Assembly: GCF_004010195.1 (NCBI RefSeq)
Contig: NC_057718.1
Coordinates: forward strand, 84,855,968-84,919,967
Direction: 5' to 3'
Length of the DNA: 64,000 nucleotides
Origin: Chiloscyllium plagiosum
Taxonomy: Eukaryota
The translations under genes and the position numbers were made by a program. Below the pieces are notes generated by a model. That model did not search any database, was not told where the DNA came from, and worked only from the letters and a program-made list of their open reading frames with translations. This document shows positions 23,876 to 35,469 of the stretch, one piece after another. Numbering within the stretch: the first letter of the stretch is position 1; every line of letters begins with the position of its first letter.

Positions 23876-25039
23876 GTATATTGCTGAAGTTTCCATGAAT
23901 CTCTTTGCCTCTGCCCCCTATTTTATAATTCCTCCTTAAAGTCCACCTCCCTAATAACACTTCTTTGAAGGACCTTTGGAAAACTGTCATGACCACATCA
24001 GGTATTTCCTCAGAGTACTTTGTGAACTGAGAATTTGTATAAGCTCGAATGTTAACCCCCTTTTTATTTTCCAAATGTTACAAGTTAAAAACAACCAGCA
24101 GCACAGTTTTGTGTTTTAAACAAGGTTTAAAAAGTTGGTTTAGTGCACAACTGGTGCCAAAGTAGTGCCAAATTTTGGCAACTTATACACATCTCACTGT
24201 ATTTTTATAAATACAAATGACAATAAATTGCTATTCTATTCTGAAAGCCACTTGGGTGAATGAGGTGGAGCTAATAGCTAGCAAAAAGTACATATTTGAG
24301 GAGTTAAAGTAACAAAAGATAAACACTATGTTGTTGCAGGTCTAGCTTGCTTAAAAATACTCTTTCTGAAGTGAAGGAGTTGAAACACAGACAGATTCAG
24401 TGAGGTGTTCCTATAGGTGAACTAAGCAGAGAGTAAGCAAAGACTCCTTTATTCCACGTCAATGGAACTGCTGATTGTGACTCTTGCTAACCTGGTTCAG
24501 TGCAAAAGGATTTAGCTGGCTTGTCCTGGAAGCCTCCCTCTTGAGAAAGAGATGATGTTTGAAGATGTCTCTCATTTGTGTTTAGATGGATCTCTTCTAA
24601 TTTTGATCAGTCCACAAAGCAAAATCAATTATTCTGGGATTCCTCCCTGTTTTTCTGTTTAGCACTAGAAATAGTCAATGACAATCATACAGTCATTGAA
24701 TTATTTAATGACTATTTGTGATTGAATCTTAAGATAGTCTGATTTTCTGCTTTGGCTACAGTTGAATCTAGAGAAATTATGTGGCTTTTGGGAGCTATGT
24801 TGTCAGATTCTTTGCGTCCATTTTAAACATGGCTTTGCTGCTAAACTTCTGACTATGCATTTATGGAATGGTAGATATTGTGTGTCCCATTGAATGCAAG
24901 TTATCTGAATGTATATAATTGTGTTTTTCTAACTAATAGTTTTGTTTGCATGCAGTTGGAAGTCAAATAACATATTTACTTTATATTTTGTGGTATTCTT
25001 GGATAATATCATCAGCACCTGGTTCGCAGTAAATAACTT

Positions 25040-25510
25040 TAGACCATAAGATATAGAAACAGAAATTATACCATTTGGCCCATCGAGTCCACTATGCCAT
25101 TTAATCATGGCTGATAGGTTTTTCAAGGAGAAAGTGAGGACTGCAGATGCTGGAGATCAGAGCTGAAAATGTGTTGCTGGAAAAAGGGCTCATGCCTGAA
25201 ACGTCGATTCTCTTGCTCCTTGGATGCTGCCTGACATGCTGCGCTTTTCCAGCAACACATTTTCAGCTCTGATAGGTTTTTCAACCCCATTTTCCCCACT
25301 TTCTCCCCATAACCTTTGATCCCCTTGGCAATCAAGAATCTATCTATCTCTGTTTTAAATATAATCAATAACCTGGCCACCATAACCTTCTGTGGCAATG
25401 AATTCCACAGATCCACTATTATCTGGCTAAAGAAGTTTCTCCTTGTCTCAGTTCTAAAGGGTCTTCCCTTTACTCTAAGGCTGTGCTCTTGGGTCCTTGT
25501 CTCTTCTGCC
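25040..25510 (-). mobile_element. CR1 3' fragment interrupted by a PLE fold-back
   Basis: TRTQEHSLRVKGRPFRTETRRNFFSQIIVDLWNSLP is the CR1 ORF2 C-terminus. Confidence 0.85.
25127..25273. mobile_element. Fold-back PLE-terminus insertion with target duplication
   Basis: Inverted arms atcagagctgaaaatgtgttgctggaaaa / ttttccagcaacacattttcagctctgat. ctgataggtttttcaa is duplicated at 25111-25126 and 25269-25284. Confidence 0.85.
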
Positions 25511-25619
25511 AATCTAATACTTATGGCACTCTGCCCAATTTCTATCAATTCAAAGCCGTCACGTCAGACAGTTTTGGACTGCAAGTTCTCTTGTCTCTAT
25601 AATTAAAATTTGATTTTGC

Positions 25620-26170
25620 CCTCAGGGTCTTGAACTTCCAATTGCCTGCCATTTTAACATGCCACACTGTTCCCTGGCCAGCATTTCTGTCTCAGGCTTG
25701 CTCCAGCGAAGCTCTAAGAACAACACCTCATTTTCTGCTTCGGGACCCCAAAGCCCTCTGGACTCAATATCAAGTTCAGTAATTTTAGGGCCTGAACTCG
25801 CCCATGTCCTAACCCCCTAACTCTGCACACTAGGTCTTGTTATCACATTGTCTGCCTTTACACACTGCCTATTATTAGCCAACTAGGATCCATTAACAGC
25901 TATTCACCCTCCCAACCAGATTGTTATCGACTCCTTTCTTCTCTCTTTGAGCTCTTCCCTACCTATCATTTACTCCTTACCCCTTCCCCCAATCTATCTT
26001 CTGCATATTATCTGACATTTTCCTAGCTATCATCAGTTCTGAGGAAGGGTCACCAGACCTGAAATGTTAACTTAATTTCTCTTCACAGATGCTGGTAGAC
26101 CTGCTGAGCTTTCCCAGCAACCTCTATTTTTGCTTCTGATTTACAGCATTCACAGTTCTTTTGTTTTTTT
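25620..26170 (+). mobile_element. Penelope-like element 3' fragment (GIY-YIG C-terminus + terminus)
   Basis: HLIFCFGTPKPSGLNIKFSNF is a typical PLE endonuclease C-terminus, followed by a pyrimidine-rich UTR and hammerhead motif. Confidence 0.75.
26035..26072 (+). ncRNA. Minimal hammerhead ribozyme motif, helix III CpG decayed
   Basis: AGTT-CTGAGGA-A-GGGTC-ACCA-GACCT-GAAA-TG-TT-AACT; stem I AGTT/AACT and stem II GGGTC/GACCT. Confidence 0.6.
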
Positions 26171-28870
26171 ATAAATGTGTTGCTGTACCGAGTTGACTTT
26201 GCTTATTTGAAATGTGGGAAAATGTTGTAAGCAATCCCATTAGATCTTCCACTGTCAATAAACTTGAGCTCATTCAAACTTCTGCTGCTTGTATTTTAAC
26301 TTGGATCAGGTCCCAGTCATGTAACATTCATGTGCTTACTGATTTATGTTGGCTCCTGGCCCACCAACACACCTCATTTTTAAATTTAATCCTCTCATTT
26401 AATCTGTCTATGACTTTGTCCCTGTGTTTATAATCTGGTCTACTGCTATAACCCTGCAAGATCTCTGCTCTATTACTCTTTTCACTCTGTAAACCTCTTG
26501 TATTCCTTTGGGACACTCCTTAAAACCTAACTCTTTAATCGCCTTCAGTTAGGGCTGGGTCAGATTGTTTGGTTTTGCTCTTGTAACATGCCTTGGGAAT
26601 CCTTTTTACTACATTATGTTTCTGAAATGGGCAACTTCAGAATTGAGTTGTAGTAGGATCTTACTGATTATTTTTTTTGTAAGGGGGTTCGTTTCAAGTT
26701 GGTTTGGGCTTGGTGGATCACGTCAAGTGGGGTCAAGGGTCACTTGGAACATAGCAAAAGTTAGTCAGTGTGCCAATGCTATTGTCCAATGTAAAATTTT
26801 AAAGATGTAAAGTAAATTTGTTATTTGCTAACATGGAAGAAAAACTGTTACGATTGTTCGATTATAAATTGGCTTTTTTTTAAACCTATCTGTGATTTCC
26901 AAAATCTGGGATCCATGAATTTTGATTATTATTAGGCAAAAAGTTATGTTTGATTGCTCAGAAAATGTCTTGACGTTTGTTTACTGCCAACTTTCTGATG
27001 GCTGGATGTAAGACACAGTATCTATTTAAATACAAGAGTTGAGATTCCAGCTTATACAAACAGTGAGAGGCTTGGAATGCTTCTCATTACTTGAAGCTAT
27101 TCCAGAGCTGCCATTCATTCCTTTTTTAGTATATGTCAATAACAGCTATATTATCAGCTGTTACTGGTGTGGAAAATGAATGATGGCTTTGAAACAGAAA
27201 GGATCCTGTTTGTAGTAGAGCCATTTTTTGTCGACAGTGCTTTCTTTTAAATTGTTCCAAATAGAACTTCCTTTTCACTTCTTTCATAGCTTGTAATTGA
27301 ATGTCATCTAGTGATAGAAGAAATTGATTAATCTAACAAACACATGTAGACTGGGACTGCCATAGTGTTAAGGGTTGGGTGGAGAGGAATTTGTTAAGTG
27401 TGTACAAGAAAGTTTTCTGATTCAGTATGTGGATGTACCTACCAGAAATGTATGTGAATGTACCTACTAATGGGAAATAAGGCAGTGACGTGTTAGTGGG
27501 GGAGCACTTTGGGGCCAGTGACCATAATTTCTATTAGTTTTAAAATAGTCATGGAAAAGGAGAGGATGATTTAAAAGTTAAAGCTCTAAAATAGAGGAAG
27601 GCCAATTTTAATGGTATTAGGCAAGAACTTTCAAAAGTTGATTGGGGGTGGATATTTGCAGATAAAACTGTAAGACACAGGAGCAGAAATTAGGTCATTC
27701 AGCCCATTGGGTCCGCTCTGTCATTCAAACATGGCTGAAAAGTTTGTCAACCCCATTGTCCCGCTTTCTACCTGTAACCCTTGATCCCCATGATACTCAA
27801 GAACCTATCTATCTCAATCTGAAACTTACTCAATAACCTGGCCTCCACAGCCTTCTGTGGCAATGAATTTCATAGATTCATCACTCTGGCTGAAGAGGCG
27901 TTTCCTTATTTCCACGCCAAAAGGTCTTAACTTTACTCTAATCTGCGTCCTCAGCTCCTAGTCTGTCCTACCAATGGAAACAGCTTCCCAACATCTACTC
28001 TGTCCAGGTCATTCAGTATTCTGTATGTTTCAAGTAGCTCCCCCTCATCCTTCTAAACTCCATTGAGTGTAGATGCAGAGTCCTCAAACGTTCCTCATAT
28101 GTTAAGCTTTTCATTCTTGGGACTATTCTCGTGAACCTCCTCTGAAAATGCTTCAGGGCTCAAAACCGCACACATTATTCCAAACGTGGTCTGATCAGAG
28201 CCTTATAGTCTCAGAAATACATCCCTGCTTTTATATTCAAGTCCTCTCAAGATAAATGCAATCACTGCCTTCCTAACTACTGAGTCAACCTGCAAGTTTA
28301 CCTTGAGAGAATCCTGAAGTGGAACTCCCAAGTCTCTTTGCACTTAAGACTTCAGAATCTTTTCCCCATTTAGAAAATAGTCCATGCCTTTATTCGACCT
28401 ACTAAAGTGCATGATCTCTCACTTTCCCACATTGTACATCATCTGCCACTTTTTTGCCCACTTTTCTAACCTGAACAAATCCTCATGTAGCCTCCCTGTC
28501 TCCTCAATGCTGCCTGTCTCTCAATCTATCTTTGTACTGTCTGCAAACTTAGCCAGAGTGCCTCAGTTCCTTCACCTAGATGATTAATGTATCATGTGAA
28601 AAATTGATAAAGGGATGGCTGGAAAATGGGAAGCCTTCAAAAATGAGATAACAAGAGTCCAGAGACAGTATGTTCCTAATAGTGTGAAGGGCAAGGCCGG
28701 TAGCTGTAAGATGACTAGAGAAGTTGAGTTTTTGGTCAAGAATAAGAAGGAAGCATATATTAGGTATAGACAGCAGGGATCAAGTGACTCCCTAGAAGAG
28801 TATAAAGGCAGTAGGATACTGAGGAGAAAAATCAGGAGAGCAAAAAGGGGACATGAGATGCTTTTGGCAG

Positions 28871-29221
28871 NNNNNNNNNNNNNNNNNNNNNNNNNNNNNN
28901 NNNNNNNNNNNNNNNNNNNNNNNNNNNNNNNNNNNNNNNNNNNNNNNNNNNNNNNNNNNNNNNNNNNNNNNNNNNNNNNNNNNNNNNNNNNNNNNNNNNN
29001 NNNNNNNNNNNNNNNNNNNNNNNNNNNNNNNNNNNNNNNNNNNNNNNNNNNNNNNNNNNNNNNNNNNNNNNNNNNNNNNNNNNNNNNNNNNNNNNNNNNN
29101 NNNNNNNNNNNNNNNNNNNNNNNNNNNNNNNNNNNNNNNNNNNNNNNNNNNNNNNNNNNNNNNNNNNNNNNNNNNNNNNNNNNNNNNNNNNNNNNNNNNN
29201 NNNNNNNNNNNNNNNNNNNNN
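28871..29221. other. Assembly gap (351 N)
   Basis: Run of N. Confidence 1.
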
Positions 29222-30026
29222 TATCAGTTTGGGCATGTTTTTTGAGGGAATCCTGAGGGACAGGATTTACATCTATTTGGAAAGGCAAGGACTGATTCGG
29301 GATAGGCAACATGGCTTTTTGTGTGGAAAATAGTGTCTCACTAACCTGATTGAGTTTTTGAAGAAGTAATGAAAGTTCTGGGGAGTGTTGCTTAACAGAG
29401 AGACCTTGGAGTGTAGGTTCATAGTTTCTTGAGTTGCAGGTAGACAGGATGGTGAAGAAGGCGTTGAGTAAGCTTGCCTTTGCTGGTCAGTGCATAGAGT
29501 AAAGTAGTTGGGAGGTCATGTGACTGCACAGGACATTGGTTAGGCCACTTTTGGAATATTGCATGTAATTCTGGTCTCCCTGCTATAGGAAGAATGTTGT
29601 GAAACTTGAAAGGGTTCAGACAAGATTTACAAACATGTTGCCAGGGTTGGAGGATTTGAGCTATAGGGAGAGGCTGAATAGACAGGGGATATTTTCCCTC
29701 AAGCGTCAGAGGCTGAGGGGTGACCTTATAGAGATTTATAAAATCATGAGGGGCGCAGATAGGGTGAACAGCTGAGGTCTTTTCCCCAGGCTGGGGGAGT
29801 TTATAATCAGTGGATGTAGGTTTAAGGTGAGAGGGGAAAGATTATCAAAGCAACCTAAGGGGCAACTTTTTCATGCAGATGGTGGTGTGTGTATGGAATG
29901 AGCTGCCAGAGGAAGTGTCAGAGGCTGGTACAATTACAACATTTAAAAGACATCTGAATGGGTATATGAATAGGTACAGTTTAGAGGAATAGTGGGTAGT
30001 GCTTTTACCTGTCAGAACTACTTTAC

Positions 30027-30158
30027 AGGGTAAAAACAATGACTGCAGATGCTGGAAACCAGATTCTGGATTAGTGGTGCTGGAAGAGCACAGCAGTTCA
30101 GGCAGCATCCAAGGATTTCGAAGCTCCTTGGATGCTGCCTGAACTGCTGTGCTCTTCC
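30027..30158. mobile_element. PLE-terminus fold-back with perfect 34-bp stem
   Basis: 30082-30115 and 30125-30158 are exact reverse complements with a 9-nt loop; begins with gactgcagatgctgga like the other PLE termini. Confidence 0.85.
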
Positions 30159-30612
30159 TCTGTACCAGCCTCTGACACTTCCTCTAGTACAATTGCAACA
30201 TTTAAAAGGCAATTGGATGGGTATATGAATAGATACAGTTTAGAGGGATATGGGCTAAGTGCTCGCAAAAGGGACTGGATTAGGTTAGGTATCTGATCAG
30301 CATGGAGGAGTTGGACCAAAGGGTCTGTTTCTGTGCTGTACATTTCTATGATTTAGGTGAGAGGAGAAAGATTTTAAAAAAATTGCCCCCATGTCTTTTT
30401 TGTGTTTCCTGTATGGAATGAAATTCCAGAGGTGGTGGTGAATGCAGATACAGTTACAACTTTTAAGACAGTCCAGTAAGTACATGAATAAGAAATATTG
30501 AAGTTACATGGGCCAAGCGCAGGCAGGTGGGATTAGTTTGGTTTGGGATTATGGTCGGCGTGGACTAGTTGGAACAAAAGGTTTGTTTCCATGCTGTATG
30601 ACTCTTATTAGG

Positions 30613-30919
30613 TTAGATTAGATTACTTCGTGTGGAAACAGGCCCTTCGGCCCAACATGTCCACACCGACCCCCCGGATGCACAACCCACGCAGACCCAT
30701 TCCTCTACATTTACCTCTTCACCTAACACTACAGGCAATTTAGCATGGCCAATTCACCTAACCTGCACATTTTTGGATTGTGGGAGGTAACCGGAACACC
30801 TGGAGAAAATCCACAGAGACACTGGGAGAATGTGCAAACTCCACAGTCAGTTGCCTGAGGTGGGAATTGAACCCGGGTGTCTGGCGCTGTGAGGCAGCAG
30901 AGCTAACCACAGTGCCGCC
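30613..30919 (-). mobile_element. tRNA-derived V-domain SINE (HE1-like)
   Basis: Same structure as 2624-2975; (TCTAA)n tail. Confidence 0.85.
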
Positions 30920-31035
30920 TATAAATGTTAAATATTTGTCAGATACTAATCCTATAAAGTGCCTTGGGATGCTTTACAATATTTAGGTTCTCTACTGCTC
31001 CACTAACCAATGCTCTCCTGTTTCTCCTCCCCTAG

Positions 31036-31248
31036 TTGTTAGAAGCTAAGACCAACTTGCTGCTCTCCCAGTCTCAACACCTGCATGAAGTGCAACAATT
31101 AAAGGAGCAAATTGGCAATACTGTGCCCAAAGCTCAGTTGACAGAATTACAGCTGAAACTAACAGTGGAAGAGCAGAAAGTACAGCAACTTCAAGAACAG
31201 ATCGCTGCTCAGGCTAAGGAAGCAAACAGTTTGATGTTTGAACAACAG
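31036..31248 (+). CDS. NINL: Ninein-like exon (LLEAKTNLLLSQSQHLHEVQQL...LMFEQQ)
   Basis: Strong pyrimidine tract plus cctag, CAG|gtaaag donor, 213 nt; SQHLHEV resembles the NINL AQHLQEV motif. Confidence 0.9.
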
Positions 31249-32429
31249 GTAAAGAACAAGTCCAGTGCTTTAATGTGATAAAATATCTCCAGTCAGTTCA
31301 CAGCAGTGCAGTCAGGCATTGAACTCCAAGCCAACAACACAGAAGAAAAAAATAAGTTTGAAAAAGGAAATGTAGAAGTTTCTCGAAAGAATTTGAAAAT
31401 CTGGATGGCTGAAAGTATAATTGTCAACAGTGGAGTAAGGTAAACAGATGTGCATGACATTGATACAACTGCAAAGATCTTACAAGGTTGTAGAATTGGA
31501 GAATGTTATGGAAACAAGGGTCAAGGAAGGATTTTAATGAGGCAGAGGTGGACCAACAAATGCAGATCAGTAAGAGCAAGCATGATTTAAAAAATATATA
31601 TACATGGTATGTTAGTGCCATTGGCAAGATCAGTAGACATTTTCCGTCCCGAATTGTCCTGGAGGGTTTCTCATCACCCCTGTACTCATTATTAACGTGT
31701 AGGTTAGCAATGCCTCAAATTTAAGAATCTCATCCTCTATCTCTAGTGTTTCAATTCCGCTTTCCTTTACGTCCTCCTTTCACCTCACCATTGACAGCCG
31801 TCTATGCTTTAAGCTTGAAATTCTTTCTCTAAATCATTTTGCTTCCCTGAAACAACTCACATCTGTGCCATTATCTTTGTGGTATTTTCACATTTTTGTC
31901 TGTTGAAGCTCCCATGAAGTACTTTGGCACAATTTAAAATATTAAAGGACCAAATATAAATGCAAGTTGTTGTAATGAGTTTGATTATTGAATGCAATCC
32001 CAAATTGCTTCATTCTGCGATACCTTGTAATATGAAGAAACATATCCTATTCACCATAGGCTTGACTCTCAGGATTTTGTTTAATTCTTTTGCTATTTTG
32101 AAATGAGATGAAGAACTTCAGTTAAGTGGAGAAATCAGAGGTTATGAGAGGTCATCAAAATTATGAAGCTTTTTGATAGGTGATGGGGAAAAACTGTTTG
32201 CAGTAGCATGAGAATTTATTTTTATGCAGAAAATTGTTACAATCTGAAATGCATTTCTTGACATTGAAAATGACTGTGGTGGAGATAGATCCAAAAGGGA
32301 ACTGGATATATACTTAAAACTAATTAATAGTACCTTCCAAAAGTTGGCATTGGCACGATAGGTTAAATGGCCACCTCCTTGTATTGGAAATGCAGTGGAA
32401 TACTGACACTTCTGGAATGATACAAGGAG

Positions 32430-32705
32430 AGATGATGACCTAGTGGTATTATCGATAGACTATTAATCAGAGATCTAGGTGTTGTTCTGGGGATCTGGGT
32501 TTGAATCCAGCCATGGCAGCTGGTGGAATCAATCTAATGGTGACCCAACCATTGTCAATAGTTAGGGAAAAAAAAATGCCATTCTTATCCGATCTGGCCT
32601 ACTTGTGACTCCAGACCCACAGTAACATGGTTGACTCTTAACCGTTAGAGACGAGCAATAAATGCTGGCCTACCGGTGACACCCACATCCCGTGAATGAA
32701 TAAAA
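32430..32705 (+). mobile_element. Deu-type SINE (SacSINE1-like)
   Basis: tRNA-like head, tctggcctacttgtgactccagacccacag..ggttgactcttaa core, aataaatgctggcc..cacccacatcccgtgaatgaataaaa tail. Confidence 0.65.
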
Positions 32706-32786
32706 CAAAAGCCAGGTTAAGAGTTTGGAAAAAGTGAAAAATTGATTTCTCTTATTCAAGAGACTGGACATTGTGTTCCATTTCAG

Positions 32787-32900
32787 GAGGAGTACAAAAG
32801 ACTTCTAAAGCAAATGGAGGAAAGAATGGAGGAGGTTGAACAAAAGCTGAAACATGTACGAATGATGCTTCAAGATAAGGTGAACCAGCTCAAGGAACAG
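32787..32900 (+). CDS. NINL: Ninein-like penultimate exon (EEYKRLLKQMEERMEEVEQKLKHVRMMLQDKVNQLKEQ)
   Basis: tttcag acceptor and CAG|gcaagt GC donor; joins in frame to YAKNAKSD. Confidence 0.88.
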
Positions 32901-33577
32901 GCAAGTAAATTTAGCTACAAGGTTAATACCAAATAATATTATGGCAGTCACAAACCACTGCCTTAGATCTTGATGTGAACAGAAATACATTACTAAAATA
33001 AAAGATATGCAGTGTTTATCAGACTTGCACACTTCAGAATATCTTAAATGTAGGATTTACAGGCAAAAATAAGCTAGTTTGCCTCATAAGATGCCCCTAT
33101 CTTCAATGCAACGACACCACTTTTTCATTATTAAGGTCCTTTGGGTGTTTCTCATCTGGCGACACATTTCTCTAGACTGTAAGGACTCCGCAGTAATAAA
33201 TTCAGGCTTGTTTGGGTGGTGTGAGGATTTTAATTAAATGCATTATTAATAATAGCTTGCTGATTGACATTGGTTGCTAGTCTGGAAATGCCATAGATTT
33301 TTACACACTGTTTTTAGAGTTTTAGTAAAATGGGGTTGAACTCCATGTGGGCCAAAACACCAAACAGTGCAATCAATACCAAGATTAAGTGAGTAAAGTC
33401 ACCTTGTGCTGAAAATAACTCCTTCAAACTCAATGTGACTTGCACTTACTCCAAAGAAAATTGGCCCATTGTGGCGGAGTGCTCCAGTGAAGCATCTTTG
33501 GACATGTTACTATGCTAAATACTGCATAAATGCAAGTGTTTGAGTGTAACAAATTGATTATCTTTTTTTGCCTGCAG

Positions 33578-33766
33578 TATGCAAAGAATGCCAAGTCTGA
33601 TTCGATATTGAAGGATCTGTATGTGGAGAATGCCCAGTTGATGAAAGCTTTGCAGATCACAGAGCAGCGGCAAAAAGGTGCTGAGAGAAAGAACTTCTTG
33701 CTGGACGAGAAAATCGCAGCTTTAAACAGAGTGTTAAGAAAAATTGCTCCAGCCTCTCTCTCTTAA
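33578..33766 (+). CDS. NINL: Ninein-like terminal coding exon (YAKNAKSDSILKDLYVENAQLMKALQ...KIAPASLS*)
   Basis: tttttttgcctgcag acceptor, conserved ninein-family C-terminal K(D/E)LYVENA.L..AL motif, TAA stop. Adjacency to GINS1 favours NINL over NIN. Confidence 0.93.
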   Translation, partial: YAKNAKSDSILKDLYVENAQLMKALQITEQRQKGAERKNFLLDEKIAALNRVLRKIAPASLS

Positions 33767-33859
33767 CTGTGTCAAAACACCACCATACTCAACATTTTGG
33801 GTTGATGGTCTTAAAATGGTAACACACTTTTTACAAAGCAAATAATAGTCCTCCATCCC

Positions 33860-33865
33860 AATAAA
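33860..33865 (+). terminator. Candidate polyadenylation signal for NINL
   Basis: First AATAAA after the stop; further ones at 34049 and 34769. Confidence 0.45.
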
Positions 33866-34534
33866 GTTATTTTGATTCTGATCTTTCCATGTGTAATCAA
33901 GTCCTCTCTTGGTATTCTATTCAGATTCTTTTCCTCTAAAATGCAATGCTCCAAGTCTTTGTACAATTCTGTTTTATGCACCAACTCCACTGCTTATTAG
34001 GACATCTGTTTTATACGACTTGACTGAAGATGATCAACTTTTCCCATCAATAAATCACACTAACGTGCTTGCTCCTATCTTTGAAAGAGACTTAAATAAT
34101 TGGTATGGATTTTCCTGAGGATAGATGCATCTATGACAATAATGTAACAGTAACAGCCCTCAAAAGACTTCACAAACACTCAAACCCTTGTTGGGGTCTG
34201 TACTAAGTACATTTTTGTATGTCTATATCATTCATCATACTGTTGAGTAAATGGGATATTGATGTTACAATTTTTTTTACATTCACTGTATTTCATCTTG
34301 TTTTGTCATATTTACTTTTTTCCTAAAGTAGCTTGATTACTGGAAGTGCAAAATGGAATTTTGATATGAGAACTATGTACAAATGTTCAGTTATTTGAAG
34401 ACAATTTGTAAATGCTGACCCTGCTGTGCAGAAACGATTTTTAAAATTTAACTGACTTTTGATACTATTGATAAACTTTTATAAAATTAAAAATTATCCA
34501 ATTATACTGATTTGAATTATTTACATACTTTCAA

Positions 34535-34900
34535 ATAATCTGTATAGAGATGTTTATGACACACCTATGGGGAGGGGGAACTGTGAGCGAGAAGGCCTGG
34601 GTTTAGAAGTATAGACACTACCACTGTGGCATAAACCAATTTATTCGCTGGATTTTTTTTAAAATCAACCTGTTCAGACATATTATTCACATCTTTGAAG
34701 AAGGTAGGACTCTAACCCAGGCCTTCTGGGGCAGAGATAGGGACACTTTCACTGTTCCAAAAGTGCCAAATAAATTCTATGGACATTTTCTAATCAATCT
34801 ATTAGAGTTATTATTACATACCACCTGGAGGAGGCATGAGGAAGAGAGAAAACTAAACCCAGGTGTCCTGACTCCGAATACAGCCAATCTCACTGCAACT
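34535..34900 (-). repeat. Three degenerate ~125 bp tandem units with tRNA/SINE-head-like core
   Basis: Recurring motifs (aatcaacct/aatcaatct..., ttatt/gacac, aacccagg, gacact..cactg). On the minus strand they resemble Pol III A and B boxes. Confidence 0.5.
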
Positions 34901-35400
34901 AATGAAAGTTTTTTTTATAATTCCCTTCATGTTATATAGATCAGTTCATGCAACTGAGGTGCAGACTCCCATAGCATGATCATGCTTTGTACCTTTGGTA
35001 AATATCCATATTCGCTTGAGTATACAATTGTAGTAACTAACAAATAGCAACCCATGTCTGTGATGTAGACTTAAAATTACAGATCACTGATCTCCAGTTT
35101 CTTATTACAATCTCCGATTTGTCTGATAACTACAAGGCCTATTATAATTCTCAATGCTCCTTAAACTATAAACATAAACCTCATGAAATCTTACATGAAA
35201 ATTAGTGTTTCTAATTATAAAAGGAGAATTAAGCTAACAGCCAAAGAATTTTAAAACTTGCTGAAAAGTTAAAGCTGATGTTCACAACTAAATCACATTT
35301 TAGTTCAACATCTACAAGATACTGCCAAGACACGTCAAAGCAGCAGTTTTAAGCAAGTAACCGAAAGGGAATTAAAAAGTAATTTTCTTTAAACTTGAAC

Positions 35401-35469
35401 TCAGGACAGCACGTGCTCCAGGATCCCCTGACGAATTAGCTGTTCACATTTCCACCTGGGCATAAAATG
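35401..35469 (-). CDS. GINS1: GINS complex subunit 1 (Psf1), last exon ([22 protein letters not shown])
   Basis: ttttctttcag acceptor and TGA stop; highly conserved Psf1 C-terminus. Confidence 0.96.
   Translation of the reverse strand, partial: HFMPRWKCEQLIRQGILEHVLS

Larger units (their letters stand above)
27370..30605 (+). mobile_element. Composite CR1 cluster: + strand ORF2 fragments with a nested - strand CR1 (27668-28600) and stacked 3' ends
   Basis: EHFGASDHN and KWEAFKNEITRVQ ORF2 motifs on +; opposite-strand CR1 3' part inserted; repeated CR1 3' UTRs at 29760-30605. Confidence 0.8.

Noticed and set aside
18517..29312. Long ORFs containing X runs
   Set aside because: Artefacts of translating through N gaps.
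30082..30158. Perfect hairpin as a miRNA precursor or intrinsic terminator
   Set aside because: Fully explained by inverted PLE termini; no independent evidence of a miRNA.
34535..34900. CRISPR-like array or true tRNA genes
   Set aside because: Eukaryotic context, degenerate units, no identical repeats with unique spacers and no clean cloverleaf.
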